From Mobula hypostoma (lineage: Eukaryota): a stretch of DNA of 64,000 nucleotides. The translations under genes were made by a program, and so were the position numbers. The notes under the pieces are model-generated. The model saw only the letters and a list, made by a program, of their open reading frames with translations, searched no databases and was not told where the DNA came from. The DNA is taken from the NCBI RefSeq assembly GCF_963921235.1, contig NC_086099.1, positions 128,402,001 to 128,466,000 of the forward strand, in the 5' to 3' direction. Of the stretch, positions 1-12,925 are shown in pieces; the first letter of the stretch is position 1; the number at the start of each line of letters is the position of its first letter.

Positions 1-1910
1 AATTAGGAAGGGGAAAAAAGATTATGAGAGAAAACTGGCAGAGAACATAAAAACTGACTGTAAAAGCTTTTATAGATATGTAGAAAGGAAAAGACTGATA
101 AAGACAAATGTAGGTCCCCTGCAAACAGAAACAGGTGAATTGATTATGGGGAGCAAGGACATGGCAGACCAATTGAATAATTACTTTGGTTCTGTCTTCA
201 CTAAGGAGGACATAAATAATCTTCCAGAAATAGTAAGGGACAGAGGGTCCAGTGAGATGGAGGAACTGAGCGAAATACATGTTAGTAGGGAAGTGGTGTT
301 AGGTAAATTGAAGGGATTGAAGGCAGATAAATCCCCAGGGCCAGATGGTCTGCATCCCAGAGTGCTTAAGGAAGTAGCCCAAGAAATAGTGGATGCATTA
401 GTGATAATTTTTCAAAACTTGTTAGATTCTGGACTAGTTCCTGAGGATTGGAGGGTGGCTAATGTAACCCCACTTTTTAAAAAAAGGAGGGAGAGAGAAA
501 CCGGGGAATTATAGGCCGGTTAACCCAACGTCGGTGGTGGGGAAACTGCTGGAGTCAGTTATCAAGGATGTGATAACAGCACATTTGGAAAGCGGTGAAA
601 TGATCGGACAAAGTCAGCATGGATTTGTGAAAGGAAAATCATGTCTGACGAATCTCATAGAATTTTTTGAGGATGTAACTAGTAGAGTGGATAGGGGAGA
701 ACCAGTGGATGTGGTATATTTGGATTTTCAGAAGGCTTTTGACAAGGTCCCACACAGGAGATTAGTGTGCAAACTTAAAGCACATGGTATTGGGGGTAAG
801 GTATTGGTGTGGGTGGAGAATTGGTTAGCAGACAGGAAGCAAAGAGTGGGAATAAACGGGACCTTTTCAGAATGGCAGGCGGTGACTAGTGGGGTACCGC
901 AAGGCTCAGTGCTGGGACCTCAGTTGTTTACAATATATATTAATGACTTGGATGAGGGAATTAAATGCAGCATCTCCAAGTTTGCGGATGACACGAAGCT
1001 GGGTGGCAGTGTTAGCAGTGAGGAGGATGCTAAGAGGATGCAGGGTGACTTGGATAGGTTGGGTGAGTGGGCAAACTCATGGCAGATGCAATTTAATGTG
1101 GATAAATGTGAAGTTATCCACTTTGGTGGCAAAAATAGGAAAACAGATTATTATCTGAATGGTGACCGATTAGGAAAAGGGGAGGTGCAACGAGACCTGG
1201 GTGTCATTATACACCAGTCATTGAAAGTGGGCATGCAGGTACAGCAGGCGGTGAAAAAGGCGAACGGTATGCTGGCATTTATAGCGAGAGGATTCGAGTA
1301 CAGGAGCAGGGAGGTACTACTGCAGTTGTACAAGGCCTTGGTGAGACCACACCTGGAGTATTGTGTGCAGTTTTGGTCCCCTAATCTGAGGAAAGACATC
1401 TTTGCCATAGAGGGAGTACAAAGAAGGTTCACCAGATTGATTCCTGGGATGGCAGGTCTTTCATATGAAGAAAGACTGGATGAACTGGGCTTGTACTCGT
1501 TGGAATTTAGAAGATTGAGGGGGGATCTGATTGAAACGTATAAGATCCTAAAGGGATTGGACAGGCTAGATGCGGGAAGATTGTTCCCGATGTTGGGGAG
1601 GTCCAGAACGAGGGGTCACAGTTTGAGGATAGAGGGGAAGCCTTTTAGGACCGAGATTAGGAAAAACTTCTTCACACAGAGAGTGGTGAATCTGTGGAAT
1701 TCTCTGCCACAGCAAACTGTTGAGGCCAGTTCATTAGCTATGTTTAAAAGGAAGTTAGATATGGCCCTTGTGGCTACAGGGGTCAGGGGGTATGGAGGGA
1801 AGGCTGGGTTCTGAGTTGGATGATCAGCCATGATCATAATAAATGGCGGTGCAGGCTCGAAGGGCCGAATGGCCTACTCCTGCACCTATTTTCTATGTTT
1901 CTATGTTTCT
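1..1910 (+). mobile_element. Young CR1 LINE, 3' portion (ORF2 reverse transcriptase; extends beyond window start)
   Basis: ORFs 140-514 and 534-1814 give KSPGPDG, YLDFQKAFDKV, GVPQGSVLGP, KFADDTKL, RPHLEYCVQFW. One frameshift in the A-run at ~479-485. 3' tail (TTTCTATG)n at 1890-1910. Confidence 0.97.
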
Positions 1911-3794
1911 AAATGTGGTCAGCAACACTTGTAATGGACCTTCTCAGAGTATCTCCAGGTATTCTTTCATCGGTAGGCTCTCAACAGTACCCAATCTCAT
2001 GGCTAGTAGGTGCAGCACTCTGCAGCCAGCACAATCTCGTTGGCTTTAAATACCAGTTCATGGAAAGCTTTAAGAGTTTATTTTGTGCTATACAATTATG
2101 TAACATGCTTTCACTCAAAATAGATTTCCATCAGTTTAAATTTTAAAAAGTAGGGCAACTGGCAAGCGAATGGAATGTCCCAAAACTACCTCATGTAGAG
2201 GTAGGCCTTTTAAGCAGTTTGGCGTGCAGCACACTGTCGGGGGGCCAGTGGAAGTACCTCTGGACACTTTAGTTCTGTCTCTACATGCAGCTTAGCTAAC
2301 CTGCATTTCAAGGCCCCATTTGTCTTTCAGCTGCCCTGTAAGATTGAGGATGGCAAGGGCAGGTGAAATTATGCTTGCACTACAAGACTTTTAACAATTT
2401 TGCCCAGAAAGTGAGGACTATTATCACTTGAGATTTTCTTGGGGATTTCAAACCCAGCAATAAATTCTTATAATAAGAAAATAAAGTTATGGTATTATCT
2501 GAGTTAGATAAGTTTTTACCCATGGAGATAAACACAGTAACAAGAGCATAATCACAATCCAAATAGTTTTGTAACTGCATGAAGGCCATTTGGAGGTATA
2601 CAAAAACCCTCTTGGGGGAAGGCCCAGAGGTGGCAGATACTGGCAATGTCTGTCAGGATTAGGTCCCTGGCAAATCATACAATTACTACTACCTTTCTTG
2701 CTATGGTCAACAATCTCTCATTTTTGATTATATACATTATCCTTCATCATTTGGCATATAATGTGCTAATGTGTTTCAGTCTATAAAGTCATTTCAGCCT
2801 TTATGAACTGAAACACATGGATTTCATAATTGTCCACTGTCATGCACTACTCAAGGCACAATGAGATTCAGTGTAAATATTTACAGAAGCACCAGCTGCA
2901 ATGATGTAAGCTTTAAAACAAAAAGGTTCAGTTGCTTGAGCAGAACGGGAGGGAAGGTAGTTGTGGCACCTCAGGTGTTAATTCTGACGTGCACACACTG
3001 CATATTCACTAAACTGTTACCCAGCATCAGATCTAGAGGAAAGCCAAAAAAAAAACTACATGTAGGCTTATATGAGGTGGCATTTTACAAAAGGATGAAT
3101 TTAAAATCAATAAGTTCTTAAATACAGTTCAGGAACAGATCATTTAAACCATAGTCTATGGTGCTGGTGGGAGCAGAAATTGATGCATATAAAGCAGATA
3201 ATATTAAAACCAGAGTTGCCAGTGAAATTACAAGCAGAAGCATCTGGTAGCGATTAGCCAAACTTTGGTCACTGTCAATTTGGTTAAAATAGAAAATAAA
3301 AATGGCACCATTAAAATAACATTCAAATCCATTAGGACAGCTATCACAATACTTTTAAAGCAATGTACAATATTGCATCGAGGTTATAATAAAGCAGTCC
3401 GGGAAGTCTCAGAAATATTGCCCTTGTCCCCGTTAACAACTTTAATCAACTTTTGGCAATACAGTAAAACACCTGCAGTTTTACTTAACTCTCCCATCTC
3501 ACACAATTAACAGTTTTTTTTTCCCTTTAACATAAATTGCACCTTATTTACACCAACATTTATTAAGATTGGTGTCCCACTTCTAGAGTTAATCTGGAAT
3601 ACCTATGAAAATATTTTTGCATGCGTTCTAATGTCATTGTCTTTTGTACATACACTACGCATTTCCCCTGCAATCTACTGTGAGGGAAACATTTTCTTAC
3701 AGCTCCTACTAGATCAAATTAAGATCTATTTAAAATCAACATTTGGCTCATCCGCTCTGCACCCCTCCACCTCCTGTAGTGCTATTGGGGCGCG

Positions 3795-3880
3795 CACACA
3801 GACACACGATGGTGGAGGAACTCAGCAGGCCAGGCAGCATCTATGAAAGAGTATAGTCGACGTTTCGGTATGAGACCTTT
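3795..3880 (-). mobile_element. Penelope-like element (PLE) terminal-repeat fragment with truncated hammerhead
   Basis: GGAGGAACTCAGCAGGCCAGGCAGCATCTATG...AGTCGACGTTTCGG is shared with the other PLE copies in the window. Confidence 0.85.
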
Positions 3881-4564
3881 AAAGCTGTCTGATTCATGTA
3901 CAAACATGCATGCTACCAGAGTTCTTTAGAGGTTTGGGACAGGGAACTTTCACACTACCTTTCTTGCACACAAGTCATTTTGGAATTCCTTTTCTCGGGC
4001 CTCAGCGGTGCCATGGCCCAGGTATCAGCGACGCACCACATCTGAAAAAGTAGAGATGTTGCCAGGCCTTCTTTGTAATATCAATTACGTGCTGGTCCCA
4101 GGACACATTCTATAACACAAGCCCATAAATGCACTTGTAGACAATTATTAGTAATATAGGAAAGCAGAGGGAACAGTGATTAGGAAGTCATGATTGGAAA
4201 TGAGCAGACATTGAGCAGTAACAGCTGAAAGATAATACTTAATTGTTGAGAATGAAGGAATGGCAGATGTATTAAGTAAGCAATTTCCTGCAATTTTCAC
4301 AAAGGAATTGATTATTTGAGAATATAGAACAGATTTAAATACTTAAAAGATAATCAAGTTGAAGCCAAGACAAATGTACACAACCTTTTTACAACTAAGG
4401 ATACAGTAAAACTTCAAAAAGATTGCAGAGGATCTAGCTTGTTCAGTTAAATAAAACATTTTAAATATGTTGCATTACAAATAGTTCTTTGTAGCTGAAG
4501 TTTACTTTAGTTCAAACTTTCCTTGAGATTATATTGAAGAAAGCTGCAAGTAGAACACCTTCTG

Positions 4565-6430
4565 TCAGAGCAAGACACCAGTGATTAGTTTAGTACTTCT
4601 GCATTTAACTACACATCTCCCTTCTCCAGAGTTCACTCTGCTATCAATAATGGCTGATTTTTGTTTAAACTCCCAATACCCTGCTTTCTTGCAGTAAGCC
4701 TTAAATATCATACCAATCAAAAAACTAACTGCCTTAAATACACCCAACAATTTGGTCTCCACAGCCATCTACGGCTGTGACTTTTACTGATTTACCAAAG
4801 AAATTCTTCAGTTTTAAAGGCATGTCCCCTTATTCTGAAGCTGTGTCCCAAGATCCTGTACTCTTGACAAATGGAAACATCCTCATCACATCCATTTTAT
4901 CAAATCTTTCAGTATCCAGGTTTCAGTGAGATTCTTCAGAAGTCCAAAACCAGGCTCATAGATATCAAACACTCCCCACAGGTTTAGCCTTTCAATCTGG
5001 GATCGCTTGTGAACCTTCTCTGGACCCTCTTAAGGAACATCACATCCCTCCTTCAATACAGTACTGAAAATTGCTCTCAATATTCCAAATGTGGTCTGAC
5101 CATGTCATACAAAGCCTTCTTGCTTTTATATTCTCATCTAGCATGACTAAAGCAAAAAAAAATTCAGTTATCGTCCTTTACTCCAGCCAAAAAGGTTGAC
5201 CCTGTAACTAATCAATTTAAGCATCTTCAGCATTAAGTTATCTATTCTCTTCAACCCATGATTGTGGGTCATAACCCACACGCTGTAAATAAAGCATCGA
5301 TGGAGGAGTCAGAGACAAGTCCTTCTGCCCAAATGGTCCATGCAAAACACAGCATCCCCGAGCTTGTCTCAGTTGTTAACGCTCAACCCATAACCAAAAA
5401 CATTCCCCTCCATGTACTTATCCAAATGCCCCTTTAATGTTGCAATGCACCCACCTTGAGCACATCCTCTGGCAGTTCATTCTATTGTGTAAAAAGTTAC
5501 CTCAGGTCTTTAAAATCTCCCTTATGTTGCATTTGTGCCTTCTAGATTTGCAAGTCTTTCCACTTTATCTATACCCTTCATGATCTTATAAACTTCTACA
5601 GTCACTCCTCATTCTTCTATGGTCCAAGGAAACAAGATCCAGCATCTTCCTCTCCCTACAACTCAGACCTAGACCAGTCAGCATCCTCCAATCTCTTCTG
5701 CACCCTGTCCAGCTTGACAGTATCTCTAGTGACAACAGTACACAATTTTCCATGTAGTCTCATCAATCTCCATATCAGTAACAATTCCCCTACTCCTAAA
5801 GGAATGCACTGACTGAATGCCAGCATGCTAAATACCTTCAACACCACCCAGTCTTGTGCAGTCAATTTCAAACAGTGCACTTGCATTTCCAGATCCTTTT
5901 GTTCCACAACACTTGTACAGTGACTGGCAGGGCAGTGACAAATTCTAACCTGGTTCAAATGTCCAAATGCATCACCTCGTACTTAACCAAGTTGAAATCC
6001 ATTTGCCATTTCCAAGCCTATGCCCTTAACCGATCAGGATCGCTTTGCAATACATTATAACCTGCTTTGCTATCACCAAGCACCCCTAATTTAGCATTAT
6101 CAGCAAGCTTACTGATCATGCCAAAAAGATTCACACTGAAATCATATACATGCATAATAAATAAGAGGTCCCAACCTTGACTCCTGGGGCAGCCCAGTCA
6201 GAAAATCAATCTTCAACCATCACCCTCCGCTTCCAATTCTGAATCGATCTCTCTTGCTCCAAGTCATGTAACCTAACCTTTGAGGTCAGACTGCCATGCA
6301 GGACCTTGAAAATAGCCCTACTAAAGTCCACATAGTCAACATCCACTTCCCTACCCTTAATTTACTCTTTAAAAAAAACGCCAAAAGATTAGTCAGGCAT
6401 GACCTCATGTACAAAACCACACTGACTAAC
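4565..6430 (-). mobile_element. Cluster of degraded CR1 fragments
   Basis: Minus-strand remnants of CR1 ORF2 C-terminal/RT motifs (RSCLTNL, VDYVDFS-like, RPHLEY-like). Confidence 0.75.
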
Positions 6431-6515
6431 CAAGTAATGGTAGATCTATAGCTGGAATAGAGCACTTGAGGCAAACATGAAGACATTAAGATTTAACACA
6501 CACCTATATTTTCAT

Positions 6516-8850
6516 AGAACATTACAGCCTAGCACAGGCCCTTCAGTTGACGTTCTGCCATCCTCTTAACATAATAAGATTACTCTAACCTTTCCCTCCT
6601 ACACAGGGCTTCATTTTTTTTTATCATTCTTATGTCTAAAAGTTTCTTAATCCCCTTAATGTATCTGTCTTTACCATCACCTCCGGCAGCACATTCCAAA
6701 CACTTGCCACTCTGCCTAAAATACTTACCTCTGACTGCCCCCCATAAAACACTTTCCTCCAATTAACTTAAAATTATACACCCTCATATTAGCCATTTCC
6801 ATCCTGGGAAAGTCTCTGGCTATCTACTCAAATTGTCATCCTGTTTAATCCGTCAATTCACTTCTCATCCTCCTTTGCTCCAGCGAAAAGGACTATATTG
6901 CCCAAGACCTATCAGAAGACATGCTCTCTAAACCAGGCAACATCCTGGAAATTCTCCTCTGAACTCTCTCTGCATCCTTCCTATAATGTGACCAGAACTT
7001 ACACAATATGAATTGATTATGGGGAGCAAGGACATGGCAGACCAATTGAATAATTACTTTGGTTCTGTCTTCACTAAGGAGGACATAAATAATCTTCCAG
7101 AAATAGTAAGGGACAGAGGGTCCAGTGAGATGGAGGAACTGAGCGAAATACATGTTAGTAGGGAAGTGGTGTTAGGTAAATTGAAGGGATTGAAGGCAGA
7201 TAAATCCCCAGGGCCAGATGGTCTGCATCCCAGAGTGCTTAAGGAAGTGCCCAAGAAATAGTGGATGCATTAGTGATAATTTTTCAAAACTCGTTAGATT
7301 CTGGACTAGTTCCTGAGGATTGGAGGGTGGCTAATGTAACCCCACTTTTTAAAAAAGGAGGGAGAGAGAAACCGGGGAATTATAGGCCGGTTAGCCTAAC
7401 GTCGGTGGTGGGGAAACTGCTGGAGTCAGTTATCAAGGATGTGATAACAGCACATTTGGAAAGCGGTGAAATGATCGGACAAAGTCAGCATGGATTTGTG
7501 AAAGGAAAATCATGTCTGACGAATCTCATAGAATTTTTTGAGGATGTAACTAGTAGAGTGGATAGGGGAGAACCAGTGGATGTGGTATATTTGGATTTTC
7601 AAAAGGCTTTTGACAAGGTCCCACATAGGAGATTAGTGTGCAAACTTAAAGCACACGGTATTGGGGGTAAGGTATTGGTGTGGGTGGAGAATTGGTTAGC
7701 AGACAGGAAGCAAAGAGTGGGAATAAACGGGACCTTTTCAGAATGGCAGGCGGTGACTAGTGGGGTACCGCAAGGCTCAGTGCTGGGACCCCAGTTGTTT
7801 ACAATATATATTAATGACTTGGATGAGGGAATTAAATGCAGCATCTCCAAGTTTGCAGATGACACGAAGCTGGGTGGCAGTGTTAGCAGTGAGGAGGATG
7901 CTAAGAGGATGCAGGGTGACTTGGATAGGTTGGGTGAGTGGGCAAACTCATGGCAGATGCAATTTAATGTGGATAAATGTGAAGTTATCCACTTTGGTGG
8001 CAAAAATAGGAAAACAGATTATTATCTGAATGGTGGCCGATTAGGAAAAGGGGAGGTGCAACGAGACCTGGGTGTCATTATACACCAGTCATTGAAAGTG
8101 GGCATGCAGGTACAGCAGGCGGTGAAAAAGGCGAACGGTATGCTGGCATTTATAGCGAGAGGATTCGAGTACAGGAGCAGGGAGGTACTACTGCAGTTGT
8201 ACAAGGCCTTGGTGAGACCACACCTGGAGTATTGTGTGCAGTTTTGGTCCCCTAATCTGAGGAAAGACATCTTTGCCATAGAGGGAGTACAAAGAAGGTT
8301 CACCAGATTGATTCCTGGGATGGCAGGTCTTTCATATGAAGAAAGACTGGATGAACTGGGCTTGTACTCGTTGGAATTTAGAAGATTGAGGGGGGATCTG
8401 ATTGAAACGTATAAGATCCTAAAGGGATTGGACAGGCTGGATGCGGGAAGATTGTTCCCGATGTTGGGGAGGTCTAGAACGAGGGGTCACAGTTTGAGGA
8501 TAGAGGGGAAGCCTTTTAGGACCGAGGTTAGGAAAAACTTCTTCACACAGAGAGTGGTGAATCTGTGGAATTCTCTGCCACAGCAAACTGTTGAGGCCAG
8601 TTCATTAGCTATGTTTAAAAGGAAGTTAGATATGGCCCTTGTGGCTACAGGGGTCAGGGGGTATGGAGGGAAGGCTGGGTTCTGAGTTGGATGATCAGCC
8701 ATGATCATAATAAATGGCGGTGCAGGCTCGAAGGGCCGAATGGCCTACTCCTGCACCTATTTTCTATGTTTCTATGTTTCTAATATTCCAAGTGTGGGCT
8801 AACCAGTTTTACAGAGCTGCAACATTACCTCACGGTCTTGAACTCAATCT
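6516..8850 (-). mobile_element. Older CR1 3' remnant split by the young CR1 at 7010-8781
   Basis: Removing the insert restores ACACAATATTCCAAGTGTGG, the reverse complement of the PHLEYC coding motif. Confidence 0.85.
7010..8781 (+). mobile_element. Young 5'-truncated CR1 LINE, near-identical to the copy at 1-1910
   Basis: 474-aa RT ORF 7261-8685; 1-bp deletion at ~7248; (TTTCTATG)n tail; 5-bp TSD AATAT at 7005-7009 and 8782-8786. Confidence 0.97.
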
Positions 8851-9359
8851 GTGGAAGTTGCAGTAAGGCAAGAGTTAAAGACAACGTCCAAGCAAGAGGA
8901 GCCTGGACTAGTTGTGGTCAACCCTGCCCCGCCCCCAAACAAGTGGGGCCTCTGAAGTGAGACCTTCTCTAGAAAGTATTTAAAGAACATAGCCTCATTT
9001 TACACAGTAAGGGGTGCTAGAGACAGATGTGGTAGGAATACAAGAGAAGAAACAAAACACACCCAACAGCTAAGGGACAATTATTATACTAACTTAACTT
9101 ATCACTGGTTGTCAGCTTGCAGTCTCCACTGACTTACCACCACTGTTGTGAATGTTAATTGATCGTGCAAGTAAAGAATTCAAACATACAGTTTACCAAA
9201 TGATCAATACCCATTACTGAAGTTAATTTTGCATCAAGACATTTTTCTGTGCTGGCTTCAGAACAGCATGGTGATAAGAGCCTTATGCTCAAGTACAATA
9301 AAGTACGATTGAGGATTAAGTATGTGTATATTCTGAGTCCAGTTATCAGCAACAAATCC

Positions 9360-10615
9360 ACTAACTAATGAAAGCCAACACTCCAACGCAGCCAGTCTTC
9401 TGCTTTGGAATTCAACGTTCCAAAGTGAATCACTTCATACTTTTCCCAGTTGAACTTCTCTATAACACAATGTCCCATTGTAACCTATGACAAGCTTCTT
9501 CACAATCAGAACTCCACCAACCTTCATGTCACCTCCAAACTTACAAACTCACCCTTCCACTTCTTCAACCAAGCTACTTATAAAAATCACAAAGAGGTGT
9601 GCAGAACAGATTCCTGCAGAACACCGCTTGTCACAAATCTTCAGAAAGACTATGCTCCACCTACAACCACCCTCTGCCTTCTATAGGTAAAACAATTCTG
9701 TATCCACACAGCCACGTTTCCTTGGATCCCATATCTCCTGAATTTATGAATGAGCCTACCATAGGGAGACTTATCAAACACCTTACTAAAATCCATATAC
9801 ACCTCATCCACAGCCCTACCTTTATCAGTGTGGTTTGTCACATTCTAAAAGAATTCAGACTTGGAGACAAAGCCATGCTAATTATCCCTCATCAGACCAT
9901 GCTTCTCCAATGCTCATAAATCCTCCAAGAATATTTTCCAATAATTTGCCCACCACTGAAGTAAAACTCACTGATCTATCACTCCCAGGGTTATCCCTAT
10001 TCCCTTTCTTGAACAGAGGAATACCATTTGCCACCCACCAATTATCTAGACAACTCCTGTAGCCAGTGAGAATGGGAAGATAATTGCCAAAGGCACAATA
10101 ATCGCTTCCCTCACTTAGTATAGCAATCCAGGGTTTGGTCCCAGGGACTTACCTATCCTAATGCTTTTCAAAAGTTCCAGCTCATCCTCTTTTTAAACAT
10201 TGACATGTTCTAGTATATCAGCCTGCTTTACATGGTCCTCATAAATGTCAAGGTCTCTCTGACTAGTGAATACTGAAGCAAAGTATTCATTAAGGACTTT
10301 CCCCGTCCCCTTGGACTCCTGGCACATTTCCTGTTCTCTCCCACCCTCACTCATCATCCTATTCTTCACATACATGTAGAATATATTGGGGCTATCTGTA
10401 ATTCTACTCACCAAAGCTTTCTCATGCACCCGTCTAGCTCTTGTAAGCCTATTCTTCAGCTCCTCACTGACTACCTTGCAACTCTAGAGCCCTGTCTGAC
10501 ATTTGCTTCCTAAACCTTCTTTCTTCCTCTTGACTAGGTATTCCACATCTCATCAACCATGGATCCTCCACTCTACCATCCTTCCCTGCCTCAATAGGAC
10601 AAAGTTATCCAGAAC
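9360..10615 (-). mobile_element. Degraded CR1 ORF2 remnants
   Basis: ORF fragments VYMDFSKVFDK, RRQRVVVGG, VLNEYFASVFT. Confidence 0.85.
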
Positions 10616-11399
10616 CATCAGATGTAGAAAAACTGAATGAGATTGTGATGGATCACTGACAAGGTAATCAATGAGTTCTTTATCTTGCTCCAAACCAGAA
10701 GCTCATTTCCAATAAAATTTGAATTAATATCCATATGTATTAATATATGATATGTATTAATATCACTAGATTAAAAAATTAAATGCTCCAACATGTATAT
10801 TGCCATTTTGCTTAGCAGCACATAACTCAACAGGTCACAACAAGCAAAACAATCATGCAAATTTGGTCAACGCCTAGAGAAAACTCTGGGATCCCAGTTA
10901 TACAAATAATACGACACCTACATCCCAATTTAACAAATTAATAGTTTTTCAGCAACAGTAACAAATGAAACTGTAATAGAAATCAACAACCATAATCAAT
11001 TGTGCTTCACTTACGGAGGTACACTTTATCAAGTAACACTTGTGTATTCAACTGCAGAGTACATTTACCTGATTAACAGGTGGTCACTCAGGCCTATAGA
11101 AATACCTACAAATTGTCATTTTGCCTTTCTAATGTCAAAGACTAATCTAAAGAGCCAACCATCGTGGAACACTTTAAAAATTTAACTAAGACGTGTAAGT
11201 CACACCCTAACAAGATAACTCTGTGGCGAGATACCTTTTTGGATCATTGCAATAAGCTTTTTCTTAGTACACAGTTTCAGCATTTAGACACATTCATTTT
11301 CATAGCAAAAACATTTATGTGGCAAATTGAATTGTGTGTCAACAGTGACAGCAAAAAGACTAATGGATGCGGATGGTAAGACAACTGCTGTAATATTCT

Positions 11400-12925
11400 T
11401 AGACGCATGGCAGATGGAATGTAATATAGACAAGCGCAAGGTTTTGCACTTCAGTAGGACCAATCAGGATAGGTCTTACACAGTGAATGGTAGGATCCTG
11501 AGGGGTGTGGTAGAACAAAGATCTGGGAATAAAGGTACATAATTCATTTTAAAAAATGGCACCACGGGTAGATAGAGTCAAAGAAAGCTTTTAGCACATT
11601 AGCCTTCATAAATCAATGTACTGAATACAGAAGATGGGATATTATGTTGAAGTTTTATAAGACCTAATCTGGAGTATTGTGTGCAGTTTTGGTCACCTAC
11701 CTAAAGGAATGATGTAAACAAGGTTGAAAGAGTGCAGAGAAAATTTACAAGGAAATTGCCTGTCTGGAGGATCTGAGTTATAAAGAAAGACTGGATAGGT
11801 TAGGACTGTATTCTTTAGAATGTTAAAGATTGAGAGGAGATTTGATTGAGGTGTACAAAATTATGAGGGGTATGAATAGGGTAAATGTAAGCAGGCTTTT
11901 CCCACCAAGGCTGGGTGGGACTACAACCAGAGGTCAGCGGTCATGGGTTAAGGGTGAAAAGGTGAGAAGGGGAACACGAGGAGAAACTTCTTCACTCAGA
12001 GGGTCGTGAGAGTGTGGAATAAGCTGTCAGCACAAGTGGTACATGCGAGCTCAATTTCAACGTTTAAGACAAGTTTAGATAGGTAAATATTGTTACGCAC
12101 CAGCAGCAATAGATATTAAATCGAGTCAAGTTTTTACAAATAAACAACACAATTTATTAACCTCTACTCAAAAACATAGAAAAGTAAATAAACAGCTAAC
12201 TTAAACGGAAGTTAACAGTGTAATGCGTCTTTAGTTATCAAACAGTCGAACTTAAAGATAATTCTTAACAGAGCTTAATCAAACACAGTCTTAAGGTGGT
12301 GGTTCAAAGAGTCCAAGTGATTTATGAAATAAGTGAGAGGAGAGACTTCCCAAACCAGCAATGAAGTAAGGACGAAACTGCTGATGCAGATCCCAGCCGA
12401 GAAAAGCCTTGTCCGAAGAGATCACAAAGAAAAAGATTTCTCACAGTAACTGACCTTTCGCCGGAGGTGGTCACCACACAACACCCGAGACCATGCAGGG
12501 GTTAACCAAAAGTGTGTGTCACAATACCCGTATGGACTATACCAAATGTCAATCACAGAATACCATTGATTTCTTGGGTTCACATGAAGCTGGCAATTCT
12601 TCACTCTCTTTCCTTCCACGGTTACCTAACCACCAGCTGTGACTCCCCAACAAAAACAACTATGCAACAAACTGGTCTCCCCTTTTATACCGGTTAGAAC
12701 ATGCCATCACATCACCCCACCATCACAACACTTACATCATGCCAATATCATGAGATAATTACATCATGCTCACAGGATACTCACAGGACAAATAACAATA
12801 TATAGTAAGGATCTGGAAGGCATGATCCCAGTGCAGGTCGTTGAGAGTAGGCTGTTTAAATGGTTTGTGGCATGAACTAGATGGGCTGAAGAGTCTGTTT
12901 CTGTGCTGTACTTCTCAATGACCAT
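11400..12925 (+). mobile_element. CR1 3' fragment interrupted by a solo LTR
   Basis: WQMECNIDKRKVLHF and EYCVQFWSP motifs; CR1-type 3' end GGGCTGAAGAGTCTGTTTCTGTGCTGTA. Confidence 0.85.
12091..12797 (-). mobile_element. Solo LTR (Gypsy-type)
   Basis: TGTTA...TAACA termini; 4-bp TSD ATAT (12087-12090, 12798-12801); minus-strand TATAAAA at ~12685 and AATAAA at ~12155. Confidence 0.85.

Noticed and set aside
2653-2750. C/D-box snoRNA-like ATGATGA...CTGA on the TRIM33 sense strand
   Set aside because: No terminal stem and no recognisable rRNA/snRNA guide; such box pairs arise by chance.
137-8781. Segmental or tandem duplication explaining the two CR1 copies
   Set aside because: Identity stops exactly at the element ends, and the second copy has its own TSD.
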